Below, piece by piece: positions 15,201 through 27,929 of a DNA stretch of 64,000 nt (its first letter is position 1; each line of letters begins with the position of its first letter). The stretch is from positions 124,001 to 188,000 of the forward strand of contig JBNRSN020000194.1 in assembly GCA_051313645.2 (NCBI GenBank), written 5' to 3'. Position numbers and translations under genes: made by a program. The stretch is from Centroscyllium fabricii (lineage: Eukaryota). The notes beneath the pieces are model-generated. The model was not told the origin of the DNA. It saw only the letters and a program-made list of their open reading frames with translations, and ran no database searches.

Positions 15201-17794
15201 CCGGCCCTGACTGAGAATATTCGGAGCAGCCGCCCCTGAATTAGAATAATCGGAGCACCAGCTCCTGACTGAGGATACTCAGAGCACCCACAACTGACTG
15301 AGAATAATGAGAGCACCCGCACCTGACTGAGAATACTGAGAGCACCCGCCGCTGACTGAGAATACTCGGAGCACACACCCCTGACTGAGAATTCTCAGAG
15401 CACCTGCCCCTGACTCAGAATACTCGGAGCAGAAAACCCTGACTGAGAATACTCGGAGCACACAACCCTGACTGAGAATACTTGGAGCACCCGCGCCTGA
15501 CTGAGAATATTCGGATCACTCGCCCATGACTAAGAATACTGAGAGCACCCGTCCCTGACTGAGGATACTAAGAGCACCCACCACTGACTGAGAATACTGA
15601 GAGCACCAGCACCTGACTGTGAATACTGAGAGCACCCGCCCCTGACTCAGAATACTGAGGGCAACCGCCCCTGACTGAGAATACTCAGAGTACACGCCCC
15701 TGACTGAGAATACTCAGAGCACCCGCCCCTGACTGAGTATACTGGGAGCACCCGCCCCGACTGAGAATACTCGGAGCACCCGCCCCTGACTTAGAATAAT
15801 CGGAGCACCCACCCCTGACTGAGAATACTCGGAGCACACACCCCTGACTGAGAATATTTGGAGCACCCACCCCTGACTGAGAATATTCGGAGCACTCGCC
15901 ACTGACTAAGAATACTGAGAGCGCCCGCCCCTGACTGAGGATACACAGAGCACCCACCCCTGACTGAGAATACTGAGAGCACCCGCACCTGACTGAGAAT
16001 ACTGGGAGAACCCGCCCCTGACTTAGAATACTCAGAGCATCCGCCCCTGACTGAGAATACTCAGAGCACCCGCCCCTGAATGAGAATACTCGGAGCACCC
16101 ACCGCAGACTGAGAATACTCGGAGCACCCGCCCCTGAATGAGAATTCTCGGAGCACCCGCCCCTGACTGAGAATACTCAGAGCACTCGTCCCGACTGAGA
16201 ATAATTGGAGCACCCACCCCTGACTGAGAATACTCAGAGCACCTGCCCCTGACTTAGAATACTCGGAGCACCTTCCCCTGACTGAGAATACTCAGAGCAC
16301 CCGCCACTGACTGAGAATACTCAGTGCTCCCGCCTCTGACTGAGAATAATCAGAGCACCCGCCCCTGACTGAGTATACTGAGAGCACCCGCCCCTGACAG
16401 AGAATACTCAGAGCACCTGCCCCTGACTTAGAATAATCGGAGCACACGCCACTGACTGAGAATATTCGGAGCACCCGCCCCTGACTGATGCTACTCGGAG
16501 CACCCGCCCCTGACTGAGAATACCTGTTGCACACGGCATGACTGAGAATACTCGGAGCGCCCACCCCTGACTGAGTATACTCGGAGCACCCGCCCCTGAC
16601 TGAGAAAACTCAGAGATCCCGCCCCTGACTGAGTATACTCGGAGCATCCCACCCCTGACTGAGAATACTCGGAGCACACACCCCTGACTGAGAATACTTG
16701 GAGCAACCGCCCCTGACTGAGAATATTCAGAGCAACCGCCCCTGACTGTGATTACCTGTTGCACCCAGCGTGACTGGGAATACTCGGAGCACCCACCCCT
16801 GACCTTGGATACTCAGAGCACCCACCCCTGACTGAGAATACTGAGAGCACCCGCACATAACTGAAAATACTGAGAGCACCCGCCCCTGACTTAGAATACA
16901 AAGAGCACAAGCCCCTGACTGTGAATACTCAGAGCACACACCCCTGACTGAGAATACTCGGAGCACCTGCCCCTGAATGAGAATCTCGGAGCACCCACCC
17001 CTGACTGAGATTACTGAGGTCACCCGCCCCTGACTGAGAATATTCAGAGCACCTGCCCCTTAATGAGAATACTCAGAGCATCCGCCCCTGACTGAGAATA
17101 CTCAGAGCACCCGCCCCTGAATGAGAATACTCGGAGCACCCACCGCAGACTGAGAATATTCGGAGCACCCGCCCCTGAATGAGAATTCTCGGAGCACCCG
17201 CCCCTGACTGAGAATACTCAGAGCACTCACCCCAACTGAGAATAACCGGAGCACCCACCCCCTTGACTGAGAATACTCGGAGCACCCGCCACTGTCTGAG
17301 AATTTTGGGTGCACTCGCCCCTCACTCAGAATACTCGGAGCACACACCCCTGACTGAGGATACTCGGAGCACTCGCCCCTGACTGAGAATACTGGGAGCA
17401 CACACCCCTTACTGAGAATACTCGGATCACACACCCGTGACTTAGAATACTCGGAGCACCCGCCCCTGACTGAGAATACTCGGAGCACCCGCCCCTGACT
17501 GAGAATACTAAGAGCACTCGGCCCTTACTGAGTATACTGAGAGCACCCGCCCCTGACTGAGAATACTCAGAGCACCCGCCCCTGACTGAGAATACTCGGA
17601 GCACACTCCCATTACTGGGAAAACTTGGAGTACCCGCCCCTGACTGAGAATACTCAGAGCACTCGCCCCTGTCTGAGAATACTCGGGGCACTCGCCCCTG
17701 ACTCAGAATACTCAGAGCACGCGCCGCTGACTGAGAATAGTGAGAGCACCCGCCCCTGACTGAGAATACTCGGAGCACCCGCCCCTGACTGATA

Positions 17795-20750
17795 CTACTC
17801 GGAGCACCCGCCCCTGACTGAGAATACCTGTTGCACCCGGTGTGACTGAGAATATTCGGAGCTCCCAACCCTGACTGAGTATACTCGGAGCACCCGCCCC
17901 TGACTGAGAATACTCAGAGCTCCCGCTCCTGACTGAGTATACTCGGAGCACCCGCCCCTGACTGAGAATACACGGAGCACACACCCCTGACTGAGAATAT
18001 TTGGTGCACCCACCCCTGACTGAGAATATTCGGAGCACTCGCCCCTGACTAAGAATACTGAGAGTGCCCGCCCCTGACTGAGGATACTCCGAGCACCCAA
18101 CCCTGACTGAGAATACTGAGAGCACCCGCACCTGACTGAGAATACTGGGAGCACCCGTCCCCTGACTTAGAATACTCAGAGCATCCGCCCCTGACTGAGA
18201 ATACTCAGAGCACCCGCCCCTGAATGAGAATACTCGGAGCACCCACCGCAGACTGATAATAGTCGGAGCACCCTCCCCTGAATGAGAATTCTCGGAGCAC
18301 CCGCCCCTGACTGAGAATACTCAGAGCACTCACCCCGACTGAGAATAACCGGAGCACCCACCCCCCTGACTGAGAATACTCGGAGCACCCGCCACTGTCT
18401 GAGAATTCTCGGTGTACTCGCCCCTCACTCAGAATACTCGGACACACACACCTGACTGAGGATACTCGGAGCACTCGCCCCTGACTGTGAATACTGGGAG
18501 CACACACCCCTTACTGAGAATACTCGGATCACACACCCGTGACTTAGAATAATCGGAGCACCCGCCCCGGACTGAGAATACTCGGAGCACCCGCCCTGAC
18601 TGAGAATACTAAGAGCACTCGCCCCTGACTGAGTATACTGAGAGCACCCGCCCCTGACTGAGAATACTCAGAGCACCCGCCCCTGACTTAGAATAATCGG
18701 AGCACCCGCCCCTGACTGAGAATACTCGGAGCACCCGCCCCTGACTGAGAATACTCGGAGCACCCGCCCATGACTGGGAAATCTTGGAGTACCCGTCCCT
18801 GACTGGGAATACTCAGAGCACACGCCCCTGTCTGAGAATACTTGGGGCACTCGCCCCTGACTCAGAATACTCAGAGCACGCGCCGCTGACTGAGAATACT
18901 GAGAGCTCCCGCCCCTGACTGAGAATACTTGTAGCACCCACCCCTGACTGAAAATACTCGGAGCACCTGCCCCTGACTTAGAATACTCGGATAACCCGCC
19001 CCTGACTGAGAATACTTGGAGCACCCGCCCATGACTGGGAATAGTTGGAGTACCCGCCCCTGACTGAGAATACTCAGAGCACTCGCACCTGTCTGAGAAT
19101 ACTCGGGGCACTCGCCCCAGACTCAGAATACTCAGAGCACGCACCGCTGACTGAGAATACTGAGAGCACCCGCCCCTGACTTGAGAATACTCGGAGCACC
19201 CGCCCCTGACTGATACTACTCGGAGCACCCGCCCCTGACTGAGAATATCTGTTGCACCCGGTGTGACTGAGAATATTCGGAGCTCCCAACCCTGACTGAG
19301 TATACACGGAGCACCCGCCCCTGACTGAGAATACTCAGAGCACCCGCACCTGACTGAGAATACTGGGAGCACCCGCCCCTGACTTAGAATACTCAGAGCA
19401 TCCGCCCCTGACTGAGAATACTCAGAGCACCCGCCCTGAATGAGAATACTCGGTGCACCCACCGCAGACTGAGAATACTCGGAGCACCCGCCCCTGAATG
19501 AGAATTCTCGGAGCACCCGCCCCTGACTGAGAATACCTGTTGCACCCGGTGTGACTGAGAATATTCGGAGCTCCCAACCCTGACTGAGTATACTCGGAGC
19601 ACCCGCCCCTGACTGAGAATACTCAGAGCTCCCGCTCCTGACTGAGTATACTCGGAGCACCCGCCCCTGACTGAGAATACACGGAGCACACACCCCTGAC
19701 TGAGAATATTTGGTGCACCCACCCCTGACTGAGAATATTCGGAGCACTCGCCCCTGACTAAGAATACTGAGAGTGCCCGCCCCTGACTGAGGATACTCCG
19801 AGCACCCAACCCTGACTGAGAATACTGAGAGCACCCGCACCTGACTGAGAATACTGGGAGCACCCGTCCCCTGACTTAGAATACTCAGAGCATCCGCCCC
19901 TGACTGAGAATACTCAGAGCACCCGCCCCTGAATGAGAATACTCGGAGCACCCACCGCAGACTGATAATAGTCGGAGCACCCTCCCCTGAATGAGAATTC
20001 TCGGAGCACCCACCCCTGACTGAGAATACTCAGAGCACTCACCCCGACTGAGAATAACCGGAGCACCCACCCCCCTGACTGAGAATACTCGGAGCACCCG
20101 CCACTGTCTGAGAATTCTCGGTGTACTCGCCCCTCACTCAGAATACTCGGAGCACACACACCTGACTGAGGATACTCGGAGCACTCGCCCCTGACTGAGA
20201 ATACTGGGAGCACACACCCCTTACTGAGAATACTCGGATCACACACCCGTGACTTAGAATAATCGGAGCACCCGCCCCGGACTGAGAATACTCGGAGCAC
20301 CCGCCCCTGACTGAGAATACTAAGAGCACTCGCCCCTGACTGAGTATACTGAGAGCACCCGCCCCTGACTGAGAATACTCAGAGCACCCGCCCTGACTTA
20401 GAATAATCGGAGCACCCGCCCCTGACTGAGAATACTCGGAGCACCCGCCCCTGACTGAGAATACTCGGAGCACCCGCCCATGACTGGGAAATCTTGGAGT
20501 ACCCGTCCCTGACTGGGAATACTCAGAGGACACGCCCCTGTCTGAGAATACTTGGGGCACTCGCCCCTGACTCAGAATACTCAGAGCACGCGCCGCTGAC
20601 TGAGAATACTGAGAGCACCCGCCCTGACTGAGAATACTTGTAGCACCCACCCCTGACTGAAAATACTCGGAGCACCTGCCCCTGACTTAGAATACTCGGA
20701 TCACCCGCCCATGACTGAGAATACTTGGAGCACCCGCCCATGACTGGGAA
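17795..20750. repeat. Duplicated block at offset 1709 bp (59 monomers minus 2 bp)
   Basis: CCTGTTGCACCCGGTGTG at 17827/19536; ORF pair 18176/19885. Confidence 0.8.
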
Positions 20751-23700
20751 CAGTTGGAGTACCCGCCCTGACTGAGAATACTCAGAGCACTCGCACTTGT
20801 CTGAGAATAATCGGAGCACCCGCACGTGACTGAGAATACTCGGAGCACCCGCCTCTGACTGAGAATACTCAGAGCTCCCGCTCCTCCTGACTGAGTATAC
20901 TCGGAGCACCCGCCCCTGACTGAGAATACACGGAGCACACACCCCTGACTGAGAATATTTGGTGCACCCAACCCTGACTGAGAATATTCGGAGCACTCGC
21001 CCCTGACTAAGAATATTGAGAGTGCCCGCCCCTGACTGAGGATACTCCGAGCACCCAACCCTGACTGAGAATACTGAGAGCACCTGCACCTGACTGAGAA
21101 TACTGGGAGCACCCGTCCCCTGACTTAGAATACTCAGAGCATCCGCCCCTGACTGAGAATACTCAGAGCACCCGCCCCTGAATGAGAATACTCGGTGCAC
21201 CCACCGCAGACTGATAATACTCGGAGCACCCGCCCCTGAATGAGAATTCTCAGAGCACCCGCCCCTGACTGAGAATACTCAGAGCACTCACCCCGACTGA
21301 GAATAACCGGAGCACCCACCCCCCTGACTGAGAATACTCGGAGCACCCGCCACTGTCTGAGAATTCTCGGTGTACTCGCCACTCACTCAGAATACTCGGA
21401 GCACACACACCTGACTGAGGATACTCGGAGCACTCGCCCCTGACTGAGAATACTGGGAGCACACACCCCTTACTGAGAATACTCGGATCACACACCCGTG
21501 ACTTAGAATAATCGGAGCACCCGCCCCGGACTGAGAATACTCGGAGCACCCGCCCCTGACTGAGAATACTAAGAGCACTCGCCCCTGACTGAGTATACTG
21601 AGAGCACCCGCCCCTGACTGAGAATACTCAGAGCACCCGCCCCTGACTTATAATAATCGGAGCACCCGCCCCTGACTGAGAATACTCGGAGCACCCGCCC
21701 CTGACTGAGAATACTCGGAGCACCCGCCCATGACTGGGAAATCTTGGAGTACCCGTCCCTGACTGGGAATACTCAGAGCACACGCCCCTGTCTGAGAATA
21801 CTTGGGGCACTCGCCCCTGACTCAGAATACTCAGAGCACGCGCCGCTGACTGAGAATACTGAGAGCACCCGCCCCTGACTGAGAATACTTGTAGCACCCA
21901 CCCCTGACTGAAAATACTCGGAGCACCTGCCCCTGACTTAGAATACTCGGATCACCCGCCCATGACCGAGAATACTTGGAGCACCCGCCCATGACTGGGA
22001 ACAGTTGGAGTACCCGCCCCTGACTGAGAATACTCAGAGCACTCGCACTTGTCTGAGAATAATCGGAGCACCCGCACGTGACTGAGAATACTCGGAGCAC
22101 CCGCCTCTGACTGAGAATACTCAGAGCTCCCGCTCCTGACTGAGTATACTCGGAGCACCCGCCCCTGACTGAGAATACACGGAGCACACACCCCTGACTG
22201 AGAATATTTGGTGCACCCACCCCTGACTGAGAATATTCGGAGCACTCGCCCCTGACTAAGAATACTGAGAGTGCCCGCCCCTGACTGAGGATACTCCGAG
22301 CACCCAACCCTGACTGAGAATACTGAGAGCACCTGCACCTGACTGAGAATACTGGGAGCACCCGTCCCCTGACTTAGAATACTCAGAGCATCCGCCCCTG
22401 ACTGAGAATACTCAGAGCACCCGCCCCTGAATGAGAATACTTGGTGCACCCACCGCAGACTGATAATACTCGGAGCACCCGCCCCTGAATGAGAATTCTC
22501 AGAGCACCCGCCCCTGACTGAGAATACTCAGAGCACTCACCCCGACTGAGAATAACCGGAGCACCCACCCCCCTGACTGAGAATACTCGGAGCACCCGCC
22601 ACTGTCTGAGAATTCTCGGTGTACTCGCCCCTCACTCAGAATACTCGGAGCGCACACACCTGACTGAGGATAGTCGGAGCACTCGCCCCTGACTGAGAAT
22701 ACTGGGAGCACACACCCCTTACTGAGAATACTCGGATCACACACCCGTGATTTATAATAATCGGAGCACCCGCCCCGGAATGAGAATACTCGGAGCACCC
22801 GCCCCTGACTGAGAATACTAAGAGCACTCGCCCCTGACTGAGTATACTGAGAGCACCCGCCCCTGACTGAGAATACTCAGAGCACCCGCCCCTGACTTAG
22901 AATAATCGGAGCACCCGCCCCTGACTGAGAATACTCGGAGCACCCGCCCCTGACTGAGAATACTCGGAGCACCCGCCCATGACTGGGAAATCTTGGAGTA
23001 CCCGTCCCTGACTGGGAATACTCAGAGCACACGCCCCTGTCTGAGAATACTTGGGGCACTCGCCCCTGACTCAGAATACTCAGAGCACGCGCCGCTGACT
23101 GAGAATACTGAGAGCACCCGCCCCTGACTGAGAATACTTGTAGCACCCACCCCTGACTGAAAATACTCGGAGCACCTGCCCCTGACTTAGAATACTCGGA
23201 TCACCCGCCCATGACTGAGAATACTTGGAGCACCCGCCCATGACTGGGAACAGTTGGAGTACCCGCCCCTGACTGAGAATACTCAGAGCACTCGCACTTG
23301 TCTGAGAATAATCGGAGCACCCGCACGTGACTGAGAATACTCGGAGCACCCGCCTCTGACTGAGAATACTCAGAGCTCCCGCTCCTGACTGAGTATACTC
23401 GGAGCACCCGCCCCTGACTGAGAATACACGGAGCACACACCCCTGACTGAGAATATTTGGTGCACCCACCCCTGACTGAGAATATTCGGAGCACTCGCCC
23501 CTGACTAAGAATACTGAGAGTGCCCGCCCCTGACTGAGGATACTCCGAGCACCCAACCCTGACTGAGAATACTGAGAGCACCTGCACCTGACTGAGAATA
23601 CTGGGAGCACCCGTCCCCTGACTTAGAATACTCAGAGCATCCGCCCCTGACTGAGAATACTCAGAGCACCCGCCCCTGAATGAGAATACTCGGTGCACCC

Positions 23701-24600
23701 ACCGCAGACTGATAATACTCGGAGCACCCACCCCTGAATGAGAATTCTCAGAGCACCCGCCCCTGACTGAGAATACTCAGAGCACTCACCCCGACTGAGA
23801 ATAACCGGAGCACCCACCCCCCTGACTGAGAATACTCGGAGCACCCGCCACTGTCTGAGAATTCTCGGTGTACTCGCCCCTCACTCAGAATACTCGGAGC
23901 GCACACACCTGACTGAGGATAGTCGGAGCACTCGCCCCTGACTGAGAATACTGGGAGCACACACCCCTTACTGAGAATACTCGGATCACACACCCGTGAT
24001 TTATAATAATCGGAGCACCCGCCCCGGACTGAGAATACTCGGAGCATCCGCCCCTGACTGAGAATACTAAGAGCACTCGCCCCTGACTGAGTATACTGAG
24101 AGCACCCGCCCCTGACTGAGAATACTCAGAGCACCCGCCCCTGACTTAGAATAATCGGAGCACCCGCCCCTGACTGAGAATACTCGGAGCACCCGCCACT
24201 GACTGAGAATACTCGGAGCACCCGCCCATGACTGGGAAATCTTGGAGTACCCGTCCCTGACTGGGATTACTCAGAGCACACGCCCCTGTCTGAGAATACT
24301 TGGGGCACTCGCCCCTGTCTCAGAATACTCAGAGCACGCGCCGCTGACTGAGAATACTGAGAGCACCCGCCCCTGACTGAGAATACTTGTAGCACCCACC
24401 CCTGACTGAAAATACTCGGAGCACCTGCCCCTGACTTAGAATACTCGGATCACCCGCCCATGACTGAGAATACTTGGAGCACCCGCCCATGACTGGGAAT
24501 AGTTGGAGTACCCGCCCCTGACTGAGAATACTCAGAGCACTCGCACTTGTCTGAGAATAATCGGAGCACCCGCACGTGACTGAGAATACTCGGAGCACCC
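19600..24600. repeat. Higher-order repeat, 1249-bp unit (43 monomers plus 2 bp), about 4 consecutive copies
   Basis: Marker ACCGCAGACT at 19954, 21203, 22452 and 23701 (spacing 1249); ORFs 19885/21134/22383/23632. Confidence 0.93.
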
Positions 24601-27600
24601 GCCCCTGACTGAGAATACTCGGAGCACCCGCCCATGACTGGGAAAACTTGGAGTACCCGCCCCTGACTGTGAATACTCAGAGCACTCGCCCCTGTCTGAG
24701 AATACTCGGGGCACTCGCCCCTGACTCAGAATACTCAGAGCACGCGCCGCTGACTGAGAATTCTGAGAGCACCCGCCCCTGACTGAGAATATTTGTAGCA
24801 CCCACCCCTGACTGAAAATACTCGGAGCACCTGCCCCTGACTTAGAATACTCGGATAACCCGCCCCTGACTGAGAATACTTGGAGCACCCGCCCATGACT
24901 GGGAATAGTTGGAGTACCCGCCCCTGACTGAGAATACTGAGAGTGCCCGCCCCTGACTGAGGATACTCCGAGCACCCAACCCTGACTGAGAATACTGAGA
25001 GCACCTGCACCTGACTGAGAATACTGGGAGCACCCGTCCCCTGACTTAGAATACTCAGAGCATCCGCCCCTGACTGAGAATACTCAGAGCACCCGCCCCT
25101 GAATGAGAATACTTGGTGCACCCACCGCAGACTGATAATACTCGGAGCACCCGCCCCTGAATGAGAATTCTCAGAGCACCCGCCCCTGACTGAGAATACT
25201 CAGAGCACTCACCCCGACTGAGAATAACCGGAGCACCCACCCCCCTGACTGAGAATACTCGGAGCACCCGCCACTGTCTGAGAATTCTCGGTGTACTCGC
25301 CCCTCACTCAGAATACTCGGAGCGCACACACCTGACTGAGGATAGTCGGAGCACTCGCCCCTGACTGAGAATACTGGGAGCACACACCCCTTACTGAGAA
25401 TACTCGGATCACACACCCGTGATTTATAATAATCGGAGCACCCGCCCCGGAATGAGAATACTCGGAGCACCCGCCCCTGACTGAGAATACTAAGAGCACT
25501 CGCCCCTGACTGAGTATACTGAGAGCACCCGCCCCTGACTGAGAATACTCAGAGCACCCGCCCCTGACTTAGAATAATCGGAGCACCCGCCCCTGACTGA
25601 GAATACTCGGAGCACCCGCCCCTGACTGAGAATACTCGGAGCACCCGCCCATGACTGGGAAATCTTGGAGTACCCGTCCCTGACTGGGAATACTCAGAGC
25701 ACACGCCCCTGTCTGAGAATACTTGGGGCACTCGCCCCTGACTCAGAATACTCAGAGCACGCGCCGCTGACTGAGAATACTGAGAGCACCCGCCCCTGAC
25801 TGAGAATACTTGTAGCACCCACCCCTGACTGAAAATACTCGGAGCACCTGCCCCTGACTTAGAATACTCGGATCACCCGCCCATGACTGAGAATACTTGG
25901 AGCACCCGCCCATGACTGGGAACAGTTGGAGTACCCGCCCCTGACTGAGAATACTCAGAGCACTCGCACTTGTCTGAGAATAATCGGAGCACCCGCACGT
26001 GACTGAGAATACTCGGAGCACCCGCCTCTGACTGAGAATACTCAGAGCTCCCGCTCCTGACTGAGTATACTCGGAGCACCCGCCCCTGACTGAGAATACA
26101 CGGAGCACACACCCCTGACTGAGAATATTTGGTGCACCCACCCCTGACTGAGAATATTCGGAGCACTCGCCCCTGACTAAGAATACTGAGAGTGCCCGCC
26201 CCTGACTGAGGATACTCCGAGCACCCAACCCTGACTGAGAATACTGAGAGCACCTGCACCTGACTGAGAATACTGGGAGCACCCGTCCCCTGACTTAGAA
26301 TACTCAGAGCATCCGCCCCTGACTGAGAATACTCAGAGCACCCGCCCCTGAATGAGAATACTCGGTGCACCCACCGCAGACTGATAATACTCGGAGCACC
26401 CACCCCTGAATGAGAATTCTCAGAGCACCCGCCCCTGACTGAGAATACTCAGAGCACTCACCCCGACTGAGAATAACCGGAGCACCCACCCCCCTGACTG
26501 AGAATACTCGGAGCACCCGCCACTGTCTGAGAATTCTCGGTGTACTCGCCCCTCACTCAGAATACTCGGAGCGCACACACCTGACTGAGGATAGTCGGAG
26601 CACTCGCCCCTGACTGAGAATACTGGGAGCACACACCCCTTACTGAGAATACTCGGATCACACACCCGTGATTTATAATAATCGGAGCACCCGCCCCGGA
26701 CTGAGAATACTCGGAGCATCCGCCCCTGACTGAGAATACTAAGAGCACTCGCCCCTGACTGAGTATACTGAGAGCACCCGCCCCTGACTGAGAATACTCA
26801 GAGCACCCGCCCCTGACTTAGAATAATCGGAGCACCCGCCCCTGACTGAGAATACTCGGAGCACCCGCCACTGACTGAGAATACTCGGAGCACCCGCCCA
26901 TGACTGGGAAATCTTGGAGTACCCGTCCCTGACTGGGATTACTCAGAGCACACGCCCCTGTCTGAGAATACTTGGGGCACTCGCCCCTGTCTCAGAATAC
27001 TCAGAGCACGCGCCGCTGACTGAGAATACTGAGAGCACCCGCCCCTGACTGAGAATACTTGTAGCACCCACCCCTGACTGAAAATACTCGGAGCACCTGC
27101 CCCTGACTTAGAATACTCGGATCACCCGCCCATGACTGAGAATACTTGGAGCACCCGCCCATGACTGGGAATAGTTGGAGTACCCGCCCCTGACTGAGAA
27201 TACTCAGAGCACTCGCACTTGTCTGAGAATAATCGGAGCACCCGCACGTGACTGAGAATACTCGGAGCACCCGCCCCTGACTGAGAATACTCGGAGCACC
27301 CGCCCATGACTGGGAAAACTTGGAGTACCCGCCCCTGACTGTGAATACTCAGAGCACTCGCCCCTGTCTGAGAATACTCGGGGCACTCGCCCCTGACTCA
27401 GAATACTCAGAGCACGCGCCGCTGACTGAGAATTCTGAGAGCACCCGCCCCTGACTGAGAATATTTGTAGCACCCACCCCTGACTGAAAATACTCGGAGC
27501 ACCTGCCCCTGACTTAGAATACTCGGATAACCCGCCCCTGACTGAGAATACTTGGAGCACCCGCCCATGACTGGGAATAGTTGGAGTACCCGCCCCTGAC

Positions 27601-27610
27601 TGAGAATACT
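22259..27610. repeat. Near-identical tandem duplication, period 2672 bp (1249+1423; 92 monomers plus 4 bp)
   Basis: ORF pairs 22383/25055, 23080/25752, 23632/26304 and 24329/27001 have identical translations at offset 2672. The junction is near 24931. Confidence 0.95.
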
Positions 27611-27929
27611 CAGAGCACTCGCACCTGTCTGAGAATACTCGGGGCACTCGCCCCAGACTCAGAATACTCAGAGCACGCACCGCTGACTGAGAATACTGAG
27701 AGCACCCGCCCCTGACTGAGAATACTCGGAGCACCCGCCCCTGACTGATACTACTCGGAGCACCCGCCCCTGACTGAGAATAACTGTTGCACCCGGTGTG
27801 ACTGAGAATATTCGGAGCTCCCAACCCTGACTGAGTATACACGGAGCACCCGCCCCTGACTGAGAATACTCAGAGCACCCGCACCTGACTGAGAATACTG
27901 GGAGCACCCGCCCCTGACTTAGAATACTC

